Below, in pieces: positions 1 through 8,732 of a stretch of DNA of 64,000 nucleotides (positions are counted from its first letter, which is position 1; each line of letters opens with the position of its first letter). The notes under the pieces were generated by a model. The model did not search any database. It was not told where the DNA came from and saw nothing but the letters and a program-made list of their open reading frames with translations. Position numbers and translations under genes: made by a program. Source of the DNA: Faecousia sp. (GTDB taxonomy: Bacteria; Bacillota; Clostridia; Oscillospirales; Oscillospiraceae); contig JAZQEP010000034.1 in NCBI GenBank assembly GCA_045539075.1, positions 32,856-96,855 of the forward strand, given 5' to 3'.

Positions 1-50
1 GACCTACTAAGTCTATGCGAAAACCGCCGGCCCCCCCTGGTGCCGGGGTT

Positions 51-2249
51 TTAGTCATTTTCGGATATTTTTAGATTTCGCAGAACTTCCATGGCGGCAG
101 GAACATCACACTGGTTATACAGATACGCGTAACGCAGCAGCGGATCGGGCACCATGTAATCATATTTGTCAAAACGAGGGGACTGGTCATCGGCCAGTAC
201 CGCCGATGGATCATCCGTATCCAGCCGCAGCGTCCTCAGCTTATGTAAGAATTTGTCCTTGGGCAGTCCTGTGGTGATTTGCAGGTAGTAAAACGATCTG
301 GTTACCGCATAGATGTCCAGTTCATCCTTCAGTCCGCAGGTCAGGAGTCTGGCAATGGTCCGGATGACCTTTGTACCGCACCAGGGCAGCAGAAGATGGG
401 TGTTTCCGTGCAGGGTGACCACATCGTTATGGATGATGCCAAGCTCTCTGGCAAGCTTTCGGGCGGCGGTCAGCGCTTCCACAGCGCCGGGTTTTAAATA
501 TGGATAGATGGTGTCCTCTGCCAGGACCTGGCGCATTCTGCTTAAGATTTCGCCGTCCACATCTCCACCGGAACCTGCCCAGTTGATCAGTTTTGACTCC
601 CTGGATTTCTCCACAAAAACCTGCTTTTTTCGGTCATCCACACTGAACACTTTCCAGGCGGAGCCAGCCAGTGTGAAGACTTCATCCGGCGTAGGGCAGC
701 GGGTGAGGGTGCCGATTCTGCCTTCTTTTGCAATGACAGTGTAGCTGTCCTCCTCACGGAAGACGGAATAGAAGGTGAAGTGATTGGTCATACCCTCCGC
801 AGCCATTCCCACAATTAAATTGCCATTTTCCAGCTGCTGAATGCAGTTTTTCCGCAGAAGATGCCGCAAAAGTGACTTATATTCCGACTGAGCTACCGTG
901 TTCGCAAAGACCGGGAGAGTAAGAACCTCCCGGGCAAGCTGGGCAGGGGATAGTTCTCCGTGGAGGAGCAGCGTACTCAATGTCTGATGAACAAGCACAC
1001 TGTACGGCCTCTGTTTCCACTCGAAGGGCTCCACCCAGCGCTTTTCGGCATAGATCTGAATGATGGCAATGGCGCGAAGCAGATCCCAGGGAAGTGCTTT
1101 CACAGATTTCAGGTCACTTTCCTCCCGAAGATCCAGGAACATCATGCGGCTGACACCTGTACGTCTGCCGGAACGGCCCAGACGCTGGACAAAACTGGAA
1201 CAGCTGTAGGGGGCGCCCAGCTGAATGGTAAAATCCAGATCGCCGATATCGATCCCCAGTTCCAGCGTCAGAGTGGCTGCAGCTACGGAAGGCGCGTTGG
1301 CTTTCTTCATGGCTTCCTCAGCTTCCTGGCGCAGAGCGGAGGAGACATTTCCGTGGTGAACATGGAAAACATCCGCATCACCCCGGATATGGGCGATGGA
1401 CCGAAGATCCGCAATGGTTAATTCCGCTTCGTTGCGGCTGTTGGTGAAAATCAAGCATTTTTTCTGATGACAGATATCGTACAGGGCGTTGCGGTAATTG
1501 CTCAGGGCTTTGTGGTATTCCGTCTGATTTCTCTGATCCGGCAGGGTAACGCAGTCGGCCAGGAGGGAAATGGTACGCTTCTGATGTCCTGTGCCCACCG
1601 CCTGGATGTTTCGCTTACTGCCGGCGTTCAGAAACCCCATGGCCGGATCGTAGTCGTGCAGTGTTGCGGACAGGCCGATACGGCGGGGAGTGCATTTGCT
1701 CAGCCTCTGCAGCCTTGTGATTTGGCACAGAACCTGCAGCCCCCGATCCGTTCCCATCAGTGCGTGAAGCTCGTCAATGACGATGTAGCGCAGGTCTGAG
1801 AAAAGCAGTTTTACATACTCCGGATGGCGGATCAGCATGGCTTCCAAGGCCTCCGGGGTGATTTGCAGGATCCCCCGGTTTACCTTGAGTGCTTTCTGCT
1901 TGACCGACTGAGAAATATCTCCGTGCCAGGGCCAGACCGGAATCTGGCGTTCCTCCAAAAGCTCTGTCAGCCGCTGGAACTGGTCATTGATCAGGGCTTT
2001 CAGAGGGCCGATATAGATAACGGCGATGGAGTGGGCTGGATCTTTTTCCAGCTGGGTCAGGATAGGGAAGAAGACTGCCTCCGTTTTGCCGGAGGCAGTG
2101 CCTGAGGCCACGATCAGATCATCTTTTGTGTCCAGAATGGCATTGCAGGCTTCCACCTGCACCTGGCGCAGATCGGTCCAACCCTTCCGGTAGATATACT
2201 GCTGAATAAATGGAGCGTAGCGCTCATATGCGGTCATAGCCATAATCAA
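51..2249 (-). CDS. SF2 DExH-box helicase (Lhr/Ski2-like); third gene of the TerB-ATPase-helicase triad (Shango SngC-like)
   Basis: 732-aa ORF. Motif I SGTASGKTEA, motif II VIDELH, motif III LSATL, motif VI QRLGRSGRR. The start region overlaps the stop of the upstream ATPase gene. TTG 2249 or ATG 2243/2237 are possible, so the exact start is uncertain. Confidence 0.85.
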   Translation of the reverse strand: MIMAMTAYERYAPFIQQYIYRKGWTDLRQVQVEACNAILDTKDDLIVASGTASGKTEAVFFPILTQLEKDPAHSIAVIYIGPLKALINDQFQRLTELLEERQIPVWPWHGDISQSVKQKALKVNRGILQITPEALEAMLIRHPEYVKLLFSDLRYIVIDELHALMGTDRGLQVLCQITRLQRLSKCTPRRIGLSATLHDYDPAMGFLNAGSKRNIQAVGTGHQKRTISLLADCVTLPDQRNQTEYHKALSNYRNALYDICHQKKCLIFTNSRNEAELTIADLRSIAHIRGDADVFHVHHGNVSSALRQEAEEAMKKANAPSVAAATLTLELGIDIGDLDFTIQLGAPYSCSSFVQRLGRSGRRTGVSRMMFLDLREESDLKSVKALPWDLLRAIAIIQIYAEKRWVEPFEWKQRPYSVLVHQTLSTLLLHGELSPAQLAREVLTLPVFANTVAQSEYKSLLRHLLRKNCIQQLENGNLIVGMAAEGMTNHFTFYSVFREEDSYTVIAKEGRIGTLTRCPTPDEVFTLAGSAWKVFSVDDRKKQVFVEKSRESKLINWAGSGGDVDGEILSRMRQVLAEDTIYPYLKPGAVEALTAARKLARELGIIHNDVVTLHGNTHLLLPWCGTKVIRTIARLLTCGLKDELDIYAVTRSFYYLQITTGLPKDKFLHKLRTLRLDTDDPSAVLADDQSPRFDKYDYMVPDPLLRYAYLYNQCDVPAAMEVLRNLKISEND

Positions 2250-3550
2250 ATGTCAAAGTCAAAGAAGGGATCGTCTTCCTTCTCTTTCTCGATGGTTACT
2301 TCATTCTCCCGGATGAAGTCCTCAAAGCTCACTTCAGGATTCTCATGGAGTGTGTTGAGCAGGCTGAGGAAGCTCTTGGTAATTTCACGGGGGGACAGAT
2401 TATTTTGACTTCCCAGGCGGTTGCTGATAAATACGATGAACTGTCCCAGCTGTTCCGGGCGGATCTGATTGTCATATCTGTGGGCAGTGCCATGGACATT
2501 GCACAGACGCTCCAGCAACAGGTAGATCTCCTCGGGTGTCAGGGGTTTCAGACTGATGACAGGGGAGGACAGGTCGCTAAAACTGCCGGAAGAGAAGGGG
2601 TTGTCCGCCAATCTGGACCGGAGGGCCTCATAGCTGTATAGTCCCCGGCGGTCATCGTAAATGAATTCGGGTGTTCCGCTGAGGAAGAAACCGATATGGG
2701 CAGCCTTACCCTGCATGGTATCGTTGAAGATGGTAAGGATCTTCTCATAGTTGGTGTTGCGGGTCTGCTTATTGGTGATCTTATAGAGATTCACACCCTC
2801 ATCCAGAAAAATGAGCATTCCCTTGTAACCGGCAAAGGTGGAGAATCTGGCAAAGAGCTTCAGAAACTCATACCAGTTGCTGTCCTCAATGATCCGGTCC
2901 ACACCCAGATCTTTCTTGGCATCGGTCTTGGTAGCATATTCTGCCCGAAGCCAGCGCAGGGCGCACTGTTTGAGATCCTCATTCTCGGTGCAGTATCCAC
3001 GCCAGTAGGCATCCATCACATGGGAAAAAGCTGACCCGTAGGAAAGTTCTGTAAGGGCATGCAAATGTTCCTGAATGCGCTTGCGGACTGCTTCGGAAAA
3101 TGCAGGGGATGCACTTTCCAATCCAGCGCTGCTTACTTCCTGGCGTACAAGTGTGATCCATCTTTCCAGAACGGATTTCAGTGCGCCGCCGTTGGGACTG
3201 GACAGGATCGCCATATTCTGGACCAATTCCCGGTAGGTAGCCAGACCTTTGCCCTTTCCGCCGATGATATTGTGGTCGGGAGACAGATCCGCGTCCAGCA
3301 CTACATAATCCCGCTCGATGGCGTTATTGCGGATCATCTGGATCATGAAGCTTTTACCGCTTCCATAGGGGCCGCAGATAAAGCGGAAGGCACCGCCGCC
3401 ATCTTCCACGGCGGTCATATCCTGCAGAAATGCGTCTACTTCCTTTTTCCGGCCCACAGCAATGTGGTTCAGGCCCACTCTGGGTACAACGCCGGAAATC
3501 AGCGCTGTCAGCAGTGCCTGGGCAACCCGGGGGTTGAGTTTTGCTGCCAT
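2246..3550 (-). CDS. P-loop ATPase (DUF2791 / BrxC-D-like ATP-binding family); second gene of the triad (SngB-like)
   Basis: 434-aa ORF. Walker A CGPYGSGKSF, Walker B MLIFLDEG. AAGGAGG RBS 7 nt before ATG 3550. Lies 11 nt downstream of the TerB gene. Confidence 0.8.
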   Translation of the reverse strand: MAAKLNPRVAQALLTALISGVVPRVGLNHIAVGRKKEVDAFLQDMTAVEDGGGAFRFICGPYGSGKSFMIQMIRNNAIERDYVVLDADLSPDHNIIGGKGKGLATYRELVQNMAILSSPNGGALKSVLERWITLVRQEVSSAGLESASPAFSEAVRKRIQEHLHALTELSYGSAFSHVMDAYWRGYCTENEDLKQCALRWLRAEYATKTDAKKDLGVDRIIEDSNWYEFLKLFARFSTFAGYKGMLIFLDEGVNLYKITNKQTRNTNYEKILTIFNDTMQGKAAHIGFFLSGTPEFIYDDRRGLYSYEALRSRLADNPFSSGSFSDLSSPVISLKPLTPEEIYLLLERLCNVHGTAHRYDNQIRPEQLGQFIVFISNRLGSQNNLSPREITKSFLSLLNTLHENPEVSFEDFIRENEVTIEKEKEDDPFFDFDI

Positions 3551-3561
3551 AGTATACCTCC

Positions 3562-5052
3562 TTATCTCAATGCATTTGTCAGTTCAGATTCGTAAAAGTC
3601 AATAATGACAGGTTTGCCGTCTCCTGTTTCGATCAGTACGTCCCCCATGAGCTCCATGGCGGTTTCGTTGATTTTGTCCAACAGGGAAGACGGCATGGTG
3701 TTTTCCTGCCGGGCGATCCGGTCAATGGTTTGAGGCACACCGGTCAGTACGGCGTGCAGAACCTTTACATGGGGCGCGCCCAGTGCTGTGATCACCTCAC
3801 CCAGCTCCGGGGAAAGAAGATCCTGGTCAAAAAGATCATCACCGGAAGCTTCAGAGGTTGTATCGGCCCCAGAAACAAAGGTTGTCGAGATGACCGGCTG
3901 TGTGGTTGCGGGAGCATTGACCACCTCTTCGCTGAATTCCACGGCGTCCGGCACATCCAGAGCGTCCCGGACCGCATCCGATTCTGCTCTGAGTTTCTCA
4001 ATTTGAGAAATATCCAGTGTAATTGCCGCGGGGGCAGGAGGCTTCTGCTGCTGTGTCATGTTTTTTCTCAGGAACTGTTCCACCATGACCCCAGTTTCCG
4101 GGTCAAAAGTTACGTCCTTCAATTTTCCGCGGTATCCCTTCATGTCCCGCAGTACATTTTCCACAAACCGCACCAATTCTGTCACATAGGCCCGGAGGGT
4201 CCTTCCGCCGGTGTAATCGATCATAGGAATGTTGTAGCTGTATGCGGATTTTTCACAGAATGCGCCCTCGTAGGGGGTGTAGGAAATGGTTTTGGCGCGA
4301 ATGGGTGCCAGGGCACTGAGTAAGCTGTTTCCGGTTTCCTTGCGTTTCAGTGCATCGCAGAGACTGAAAGATCTGGATACGGCCTCCCGGATCAACTCCT
4401 CATGTCCATCTTTCCAGAAACCGGACCGTTCCGGGGAGTAGTCGGACAGAGTCAAAATCAGACTGTAGGGAAGTTTCAGAATCCGGTCCGTCGCGTGCTG
4501 GGAAAAGAGCATATTTTGCTGGACGGGGGAAGGGGGGATAGCACTTCCCAGTGCTTCCGGCACGCGGAATTCTACACCATGCTCCATGGCAAAGTCAAAA
4601 GACCAGATGAGGAAGCGGCTGTCCATGGTGGAATACCGGCCGCGGTAGGCCTCCCACAGCTTAAGCAGCTGCAGGTAACCGTCCTCGGGGGAATCCCATC
4701 CATAGCCGCTGATTAGTTCTGTAGCGTGAAGCTGGATATATGGATAGTCTGTCTCCGGGTAGCTGCCGCCACGGACCTGTCCCCGCCAGTAAAGGTACCA
4801 GGAACGCTGGGCCTGGGACATATTGCGGTAGGTGGGGGAGAAGTGGATAAACGTGGCGTGGGTGGGGGGCGGCGCGTCCTTGGGGTAACTTTTCCGGGCA
4901 TAGGCAGCCATATCGTTTTCAAAGGCTTCAATGGTAAATATGCCGAAACGGCAGGAAGCGCGCTGGTCCTCGGACCATGGAATCTGCTGGCGTGTTTCCT
5001 CAGGACCGTCCAGTATGATTTGTGAAAAATCGGAAAACTGATAATGTTTCAT
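3562..5052 (-). CDS. TerB-N / TerB-C domain protein; first gene of the triad (SngA-like)
   Basis: The N-terminal part carries a QAQRSWYLYWRGQVRGG segment typical of TerB-N. A Thr/Asp-rich linker follows. The C-terminal LLDKINETAMELMGDVLIE segment is typical of TerB-C. ATG at 5052 is preferred over the track TTG at 5058. No clear SD. Confidence 0.75.
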   Translation of the reverse strand: MKHYQFSDFSQIILDGPEETRQQIPWSEDQRASCRFGIFTIEAFENDMAAYARKSYPKDAPPPTHATFIHFSPTYRNMSQAQRSWYLYWRGQVRGGSYPETDYPYIQLHATELISGYGWDSPEDGYLQLLKLWEAYRGRYSTMDSRFLIWSFDFAMEHGVEFRVPEALGSAIPPSPVQQNMLFSQHATDRILKLPYSLILTLSDYSPERSGFWKDGHEELIREAVSRSFSLCDALKRKETGNSLLSALAPIRAKTISYTPYEGAFCEKSAYSYNIPMIDYTGGRTLRAYVTELVRFVENVLRDMKGYRGKLKDVTFDPETGVMVEQFLRKNMTQQQKPPAPAAITLDISQIEKLRAESDAVRDALDVPDAVEFSEEVVNAPATTQPVISTTFVSGADTTSEASGDDLFDQDLLSPELGEVITALGAPHVKVLHAVLTGVPQTIDRIARQENTMPSSLLDKINETAMELMGDVLIETGDGKPVIIDFYESELTNALR

Positions 5053-5114
5053 AGGCAAATTATCTCTGGAATCAAAGTGTCATATGTGGGTAAAACTGCT
5101 TGACAGAAATATCA

Positions 5115-5219
5115 GGAAAGAAAAATGCCGGATGGAACCATTCCGGCGCAAAGAGATTATTTCTTGTGTAAACAAGTGTTTCCATGTATATATTTTAGCA
5201 TTTTGCCAGTAAAAAGCAA
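5115..5219 (-). promoter_or_regulatory. putative promoter and leader hairpin of the triad operon
   Basis: Minus strand reads TTGCTT (5214-5219), 16 nt, TGcTAAAAT (5192-5200). Downstream there is a GCCGGA/TCCGGC hairpin (5127-5147) followed by a U-run, all before the TerB start. Confidence 0.35.
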
Positions 5220-5278
5220 CCGTTGCGAGAAGAATTATCATTTCTCCGTACAATTTAACAAATTGTATTTGTAGCGCC

Positions 5279-5307
5279 TTGACAAATGAAAGATAATGGG
5301 GTATTAT
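5279..5307 (+). promoter_or_regulatory. sigma-A type promoter
   Basis: TTGACA (5279-5284), 17 nt, TATTAT (5302-5307). Confidence 0.6.
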
Positions 5308-5316
5308 CATTTTACA

Positions 5317-5425
5317 GCACATGACTGACGGAACATCGCGGGTCACCGCGGGGGAATGTGCTCGTGTTTATAGCCGACCGTCTGGGCAATTCAGTGTTGT
5401 AGCTGGATTGCTCTTTTTTATTTTT
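5317..5425 (+). promoter_or_regulatory. ZTP (ZMP/ZTP-sensing, pfl motif) riboswitch with intrinsic-terminator expression platform
   Basis: P1 is GCACAT/ATGTGC (5317-5322/5356-5361). Conserved GACUGACGGAAC lies at 5323-5334. A CGCGG/CCGCG hairpin is followed by GGGGGA. The 3' element CCGACCGUCUGGGCA lies at 5374-5388. GACGG (5327-5331) is complementary to CCGUC (5378-5382). An 11-bp terminator (5384-5394/5403-5413 plus U-run) uses the GGGCA of the aptamer. fhs is downstream. Confidence 0.8.
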
Positions 5426-5448
5426 AATCGATACTAAAGGAGTTAATT

Positions 5449-6393
5449 ATGAGCTTTGTTTATCGCGGAATCGAAGCCGAACTGGACCGTCATATTGTTT
5501 CCGACCTGGAAGTTCAGCGCCAGCTGGATCGGATCCTGGAGCAGAATCCGAAGATCCAGACTGTCACCGACCGTGCTGCCCAGCTGGGCGACGAGGTGAT
5601 TCTGGATTATGCCGGTTTCTGCGACGGTGAGCAGTTTGCCGGCGGCACTGCTGAGCGTCAGTCCCTGACCCTGGGCAGCGGTATGTTTATCCCCGGCTTT
5701 GAAGAGCAGCTGGTGGGCGCTGAAATCGGCCAGGACGTCAATGTGGATGTGACCTTCCCCGAGGCCTATCACGCTCCCAATCTGGCAGGCAAGGCAGCCC
5801 AGTTCCGCTGCAAAATTCATGAGATCCGGGTTAAGAGCACCTACGAGATGGACGACACCTTCGCCCGTGAAGTGGGCGGCTGCGAAAGCTTTCAGGAGTT
5901 CCGGGACAAGCTGCACAGATCCATGCAGGCTTATTCCGATCACCGCTCTGAGGTGGAACTGCAGGACAATCTGATGCGTAAAGCTGCCGCCACTCTGGAC
6001 TTCACCCCCAGCGATGAGCAGATGGCAGAGGCCATGGAAGATCAGATGGATAATCTGAACGCGCAGCTTGCTCAGCGGGGCGTGACCATGGAGATGTACT
6101 GCCGCTTCATGAATACCACTGAGGAGCAGCTGAAGCAGGATGCTCGTGCTGCAGCCGAGATGAGCCTGCGTACCCAGGCTGCCGTGGAGCAGATCGTCGC
6201 ACTGGAGAATCTGGTGGCTGAGGAAGACGAGATCAACCAGGCTGTTGCGCTGGTGGCCCAGCAGAACAATATGACTCTGGAACAACTGAAGCCTTATTAT
6301 GACGCGGAGTTCGAAGCTGCCATTGTCCGTCATGTGCTGACCGGCAAGGCTATGAAAGTGATTCGGGATTACGCTGTGATCACTGAGATTTAA
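5449..6393 (+). CDS. trigger-factor paralogue lacking the N-terminal ribosome-binding domain (FKBP PPIase + C-terminal chaperone domain)
   Basis: 314 aa. GDEVILDYAGFCDGEQFAGGTAERQSLTLGSGMFIPGFEEQLVG matches the Tig PPIase core. RBS is AAAGGAG. Confidence 0.75.
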   Translation: MSFVYRGIEAELDRHIVSDLEVQRQLDRILEQNPKIQTVTDRAAQLGDEVILDYAGFCDGEQFAGGTAERQSLTLGSGMFIPGFEEQLVGAEIGQDVNVDVTFPEAYHAPNLAGKAAQFRCKIHEIRVKSTYEMDDTFAREVGGCESFQEFRDKLHRSMQAYSDHRSEVELQDNLMRKAAATLDFTPSDEQMAEAMEDQMDNLNAQLAQRGVTMEMYCRFMNTTEEQLKQDARAAAEMSLRTQAAVEQIVALENLVAEEDEINQAVALVAQQNNMTLEQLKPYYDAEFEAAIVRHVLTGKAMKVIRDYAVITEI

Positions 6394-6444
6394 TCAGTCA
6401 ATGAGCCCGGCCGGAGTCCGGGAATACTATAGGAGGATATAGAT

Positions 6445-8253
6445 ATGGCAATCAATTACGTTGACGGCAAGTATGTGGACGAGAAGGGCATGGTTAAGCT
6501 GGATCCCGTCCAGTACAAGGACTGGCAGATCGCCGAGGAAGCAGAAAAGACGCTGCCCTCTGTGGATTTCTTCCGTCAGAAGCTGGGCCTGCTGGAGGAT
6601 GAGATCATCCCCTACGGCAAGACCCCCAAGATCGATTTCATCAAGGTCATGAAGCGCCTGGAGAACAAGCCCGACGGCAAGTTCATCGAGGTCACCGCAA
6701 TCACTCCCACCCCCTTTGGCGAAGGTAAATCCACTGTCTCCCTGGGCCTGATCGAGGGCCTGGGCTACATCGGCAAGAACGTGGGCGGCGCACTGCGACA
6801 GCCCTCCGGCGGCCCCACCATGAACGTCAAAGGTACTGCAGCCGGCGGCGGCAACGCCCTGCTGATGCCCATGACCGAGTTCTCTCTGGGCCCCACCGGT
6901 GATATCAACGACATCATGATCGCCCACAACCTGGCAATGGTGGCTCTGACCTCCCGTATGCAGCACGAGCGCAACAATACCGATGAGTGGCTGGCCAAGA
7001 AGGGCCTGAAGCGTCTTGATATCGACCCCAAGCGCATCGAGATGGGCTGGGTCATGGACTTCTGCGCACAGTCCCTGCGCAACATTATCATTGGTATCGG
7101 CGGCCGTCTGGACGGTTACATGATGGAATCTAAGTTCGGTATTGCTGTTGGCTCCGAGCTGATGGCCATTCTGGCTGTTGCCCGGGACCTGAAGGATCTG
7201 CGTGAGCGCATCGGCAAGATCGTCGTGGCCTACTCCAAGACCGGCGAGCCCGTTACCTGTGAAGACCTGGACGTGGCCGGCGCTATGACCGCCTGGATGC
7301 GCAATACCATCAACCCCACCATGTGCTACTCCGTTGAGCATCAGCCCGTTCTGATCCATGCCGGCCCCTTCGCCAACATCGCCATCGGCCAGTCCTCCGT
7401 CATTGCAGACCGTCTGGCTCTGAAGCTCTTTGATTACCATGTTACCGAGTCCGGCTTTGCCGCCGACATCGGCTTTGAGAAATTCTGGAATGTCAAGACC
7501 CGACTGTCCGGCCTGACTCCCAACGTCTCCGTGCTGGTCGCCACTGTCCGCGCTCTGAAGATGCACGGCGGCGGCCCCGCTGTGAAGCCCGGTTCCCCTC
7601 TGCCCAAGGAGTACACCGAGGAGAACCTGGAGCTGCTGGAGAAGGGTACCTGCAACCTGTTCCACCATGTTAACACCATCAAGAAGTCCGGCATCAACCC
7701 CGTGGTGTGCATCAACCGCTTCTACACCGATACCGACGCCGAGATCGCACTGCTGAAGAAGCTGTGCGCCGAGCGCGGTGTCCGCTGCGCCGAGAGCAAT
7801 CACTGGCGTTACGGCGGCGAGGGTGCTGCTGAGCTGGCCCGTGTGGTGGTTGAGGCCTGTGAGGATCCCGTGGATGTGAAGTTCCTGTATGATCTGGAGA
7901 TGCCTCTGCGCCAGCGCGTGGAGCTGATTGCCAAGGAAGTCTACGGTGCTGACGGTGTGGACTGGGCTCCCCTGGCAACCGAGAAGGCCAAGCGCTTCGA
8001 GTCCGATCCCAAGTACGCCGACTACTGCACCATGATGGTCAAGACACACCTGTCCCTCAGCGACGACCCCACCAAGAAGGGTGTGCCCTCCGGCTGGCGT
8101 CTGTTCGTTCGTGACATTCTGGAGTACGGCGGCGCCAAGTTCCTGTGTCCCATGGCCGGCACCATCTCCATGATGCCCGGTACCGCAGCTGACCCTGCTT
8201 ACCGCCGTGTGGACGTGGACACCGAAACCCGTAAGGTCTCCGGCCTGTTCTAA
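6445..8253 (+). CDS. fhs: formate--tetrahydrofolate ligase
   Basis: 602 aa. [12 protein letters not shown]-loop and overall Fhs-like sequence. TAGGAGG RBS. About 25-aa N-terminal extension relative to typical Fhs. Confidence 0.95.
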   Translation: MAINYVDGKYVDEKGMVKLDPVQYKDWQIAEEAEKTLPSVDFFRQKLGLLEDEIIPYGKTPKIDFIKVMKRLENKPDGKFIEVTAITPTPFGEGKSTVSLGLIEGLGYIGKNVGGALRQPSGGPTMNVKGTAAGGGNALLMPMTEFSLGPTGDINDIMIAHNLAMVALTSRMQHERNNTDEWLAKKGLKRLDIDPKRIEMGWVMDFCAQSLRNIIIGIGGRLDGYMMESKFGIAVGSELMAILAVARDLKDLRERIGKIVVAYSKTGEPVTCEDLDVAGAMTAWMRNTINPTMCYSVEHQPVLIHAGPFANIAIGQSSVIADRLALKLFDYHVTESGFAADIGFEKFWNVKTRLSGLTPNVSVLVATVRALKMHGGGPAVKPGSPLPKEYTEENLELLEKGTCNLFHHVNTIKKSGINPVVCINRFYTDTDAEIALLKKLCAERGVRCAESNHWRYGGEGAAELARVVVEACEDPVDVKFLYDLEMPLRQRVELIAKEVYGADGVDWAPLATEKAKRFESDPKYADYCTMMVKTHLSLSDDPTKKGVPSGWRLFVRDILEYGGAKFLCPMAGTISMMPGTAADPAYRRVDVDTETRKVSGLF

Positions 8254-8263
8254 TTCATAACGT

Positions 8264-8296
8264 AAAAGCACGCAGGTTTTTACCTGCGTGCTTTTT
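8264..8296 (+). terminator. rho-independent terminator of fhs
   Basis: GCACGCAGG / CCTGCGTGC stem followed by TTTTT. Confidence 0.85.
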
Positions 8297-8358
8297 CGTA
8301 TTAGCGTACATTTTTGCTCCGCCAATAAGAAATGCCGCCCGAAGGCGGCATTTCTTAT

Positions 8359-8447
8359 TGGCGGAGAGTGTGAGATTCGAACTCACGGTGGGTTGCCCCA
8401 TCACCAGTTTTCAAGACTGGCTCCTTAAACCGCTCGGACAACTCTCC
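8359..8447 (-). tRNA. tRNA-Ser (anticodon UGA)
   Basis: Reverse complement is GGAGAGTTGTCCGAGCGG...GGTGAGTTCGAATCTCAC ACTCTCC G CCA. Anticodon loop CTTGAAA, long variable arm, encoded CCA. TTGACT-17-TATGAT promoter upstream. A 16-bp palindromic hairpin (8324-8359) lies downstream. Confidence 0.9.
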
Positions 8448-8732
8448 ATATGTACATGGAATCATATCATTTTGATCATAAAAAGTCAAGGGTATTCATA
8501 TTGCTGCAAAGGTGACTCTAATTTCATGGCATACTATTATATCTTAGTATTTAGAACCGTCCCTGCCTTTTGGATAATGCGGTTATTGCGGAATCGATTG
8601 TTCCGGCAGTGTGAACACAAAGCCGGAGCAGTCAGAACGGAAGCTTATATCCAGGTGTCCTTTTAGAAGAAATATAATACACAATATTTACCGGTGCCGC
8701 AGCTTGCAGCACCGGTATTTTTGTGCAGTTGT

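Noticed and set aside
5080-5346. 88-aa minus-strand ORF in the AT-rich spacer between the TerB gene and the ZTP riboswitch.
   Set aside because: It overlaps the ZTP promoter and aptamer and the putative triad promoter. It has no RBS, and its AT-rich composition is unlike that of coding regions here.
6427-8325. 632-aa minus-strand ORF covering all of fhs.
   Set aside because: It is antisense to an ORF with unmistakable Fhs sequence. Its product is low-complexity (G/H/L/Q/V/A-rich) with no motifs and no RBS. This is a typical shadow ORF created by C-ending codon bias.
8358-8666. 102-aa ORF starting inside tRNA-Ser(UGA).
   Set aside because: Its first 30 codons are the reverse complement of a perfect tRNA. 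The rest is AT-rich intergenic sequence.
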